A stretch of DNA of 64,000 nucleotides from Vicugna vicugna (Eukaryota). Both the position numbers and the translations under genes were made by a program. The stretch is taken from contig MU058793.1 in NCBI GenBank assembly GCA_013265495.1, positions 250,001-314,000 of the forward strand, given 5' to 3'. The notes below the pieces were generated by a model. That model was given only the letters and a program-made list of their open reading frames with translations. It was not told where the DNA came from and did no database searches. Below, in pieces: positions 62,347-64,000 of the stretch; the first letter of the stretch is position 1; every line of letters starts with the position of its first letter.

Positions 62347-62816
62347 TGGAATACTACTCAGCCATAAAAACTGACAACATAATGCCATTTGCAGCAACAT
62401 GGATGCTCCTGGAGAATGTCATTCTAAGTGAAGTAAGCCAGAAAGAGAAAGAAAAATACCATATGAGGTCGCTCATATGTGGAATCTAAAAAACAAAAAC
62501 AAAAACAAACAAACAAACAAAAACAAAGCATAAATACAGGACAGAAATAGACTCACAGACAGAGAATACAGACTTGTGGTTACCAGGGGGGTGGAGGGTA
62601 GGAAGGGATAGACTGGGATTTCAAAATTGTAGAATAGATAAACAAGATTACACTGTATAGCACAGGGAAATATACACAAAATGTTATGATAACTCACAGA
62701 AAAAAAATGTGACAATGAGTGTGGATATGTCCATGAATGACTGAAAAATTGTGCTGAACACTGGAATCTGACACAACATTGTAAAATGATTATAAATCAA
62801 TAAAAAATGTTTAAAA
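62347..62816 (+). mobile_element. Young 5'-truncated L1 (ORF2 C-terminus + 3'UTR + polyA)
   Basis: 62346-62489 reads MEYYSAIKTDNIMPFAATWMLLENVILSEVSQKEKEKYHMRSLICGI*, the L1 ORF2p C-terminus in an uninterrupted frame. Perfect 16-bp TSD AAAAACATAGCTTTAA at 62331-62346 and 62817-62832. Confidence 0.95.
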
Positions 62817-63607
62817 AAAAACATAGCTTTAACATGAGGGAGTTGTGCAGAAAGGTGACTTTTCTGGCTTGAAAATGAGAAAAAGAAATTACTTCTGTGA
62901 GTGCTTGGCCCCATTTAAAAATTTTTTTTCTCGTCACCTCCTCTTCAAGGGAAGACCATAATACACATAAAGAAATCCACCTTTTTTCAAGTTTCCAATG
63001 AGAAACTAAAGGTGGGAAATGAATCTAGAATGGAGGTAAGATCTCTAGACTAATAATTCACTTCTTTTCATCTCCCAAAATGTAGGTGGGAGACAGAATC
63101 TTGGTGAGTATTCTCAACAGCAAAGTGGTGCACACCTACAAGGCCCATCTCCAAGCTGGAAGAGCTACGAGACCTAAGGGTTGATTTCTTATTTTTCCAT
63201 TCCAGGAGGATCTGGATTAGCCATTAAACCATGCCACCAAGTGACCTAAGGAAAAGGACAGGAAATCCTGTTCCCCAACCATGCACCTCTCAAGGAATTT
63301 GATGCTTCAATATTAAATTTTCATGTTTTATTCCTGTCCATGCCTTCACCTGCATTTTCTCAACCCCTAACCCTTCTCCTGGCTGCCTTCCTAAGCTACT
63401 TATTACCAGAAACCTCAATTTAAATTTCTTTATTCCTCTTCTCATTCACCCATTTTATAATCTGCCGTGTCACCAACTGGACCCTTCAAAAATTTTGCCC
63501 TGACTCGCTAAACTCCGCAACTCTTCCATGTCTTTTAAGTGCCTCCTTAAGTCAAAAACCGTTACCTGGCATTTTATCCTTAATCCTTTCTATTCTTCTC
63601 CTTTAGG

Positions 63608-63742
63608 TAGGGTGACCATATAGTTTATTGTCCAAGCCAGGACACTTATCTCTGGGACAAGTGCTGACTTGAGTGGGGATTCTTGAACAACAAGCATAAG
63701 TCTGGAATGTCCTGGGAAAACTGAGGTGTAAGGATCACCCTC
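63608..63742. mobile_element. MER94-like hAT-Blackjack MITE
   Basis: TAGGGTGACCATATAGTTTATTGTCCAAGCCAGGACAC...GATCACCCT with AGGGTGA TIRs. Degenerate 8-bp TSD CCTTTAGG/CCTGTAGA. Confidence 0.8.
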
Positions 63743-64000
63743 CCTGTAGACATAGCTTACTTACCTCCAGGAAAATTGGGTGCTCATTATTCACCAAATA
63801 GGACCTGAACCTGACTGCCTCCGTCTTTGCACATGACTTGTCATCTGCAGAGAGTATTCTCCACCATATTGCTACCATTTCCAACTCCGCCATCCTTCCA
63901 CATGTGCCAAAGGAGAGCTCCTGACTCAAACAGTCTTTACTGACACCTTTCCAATGCCAGAGTGAAAAGTTATAACTCCCCCCTTCCTCCCACTGAATGC

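Noticed and set aside
1..64000. CRISPR arrays, operons or other prokaryotic systems
   Set aside because: The sequence is mammalian, with no repeat-spacer arrays or long coding frames.

Overview
Mammalian, AT-rich, essentially non-coding DNA, most likely from a camelid (inferred from a vic-1-type tRNA-derived SINE and lineage-specific L1 3' ends). I could not recognise any protein-coding exon, RNA gene or CpG-island promoter. The ORF track looks like noise or transposon remnants. The window is dense with interspersed repeats: MIR, L2, old L1M, young 5'-truncated L1s with TSDs, MaLR/ERVL/ERV1 solo LTRs, hAT and Tigger DNA-transposon relics. It also has microsatellites and a 44-N gap. The standout structure is a 723-bp ungapped inverted duplication (37409-38131 / 41086-41808) around a 2954-bp spacer. 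Its outer 578 bp are about 99% identical, but its inner 145 bp are only about 83% identical. This suggests an old inverted repeat recently homogenised or extended by gene conversion or template switching, and possibly a flippable 3-kb segment. Repeat family names come from recalled consensus sequences, not a database search, and boundaries of old repeats are approximate.
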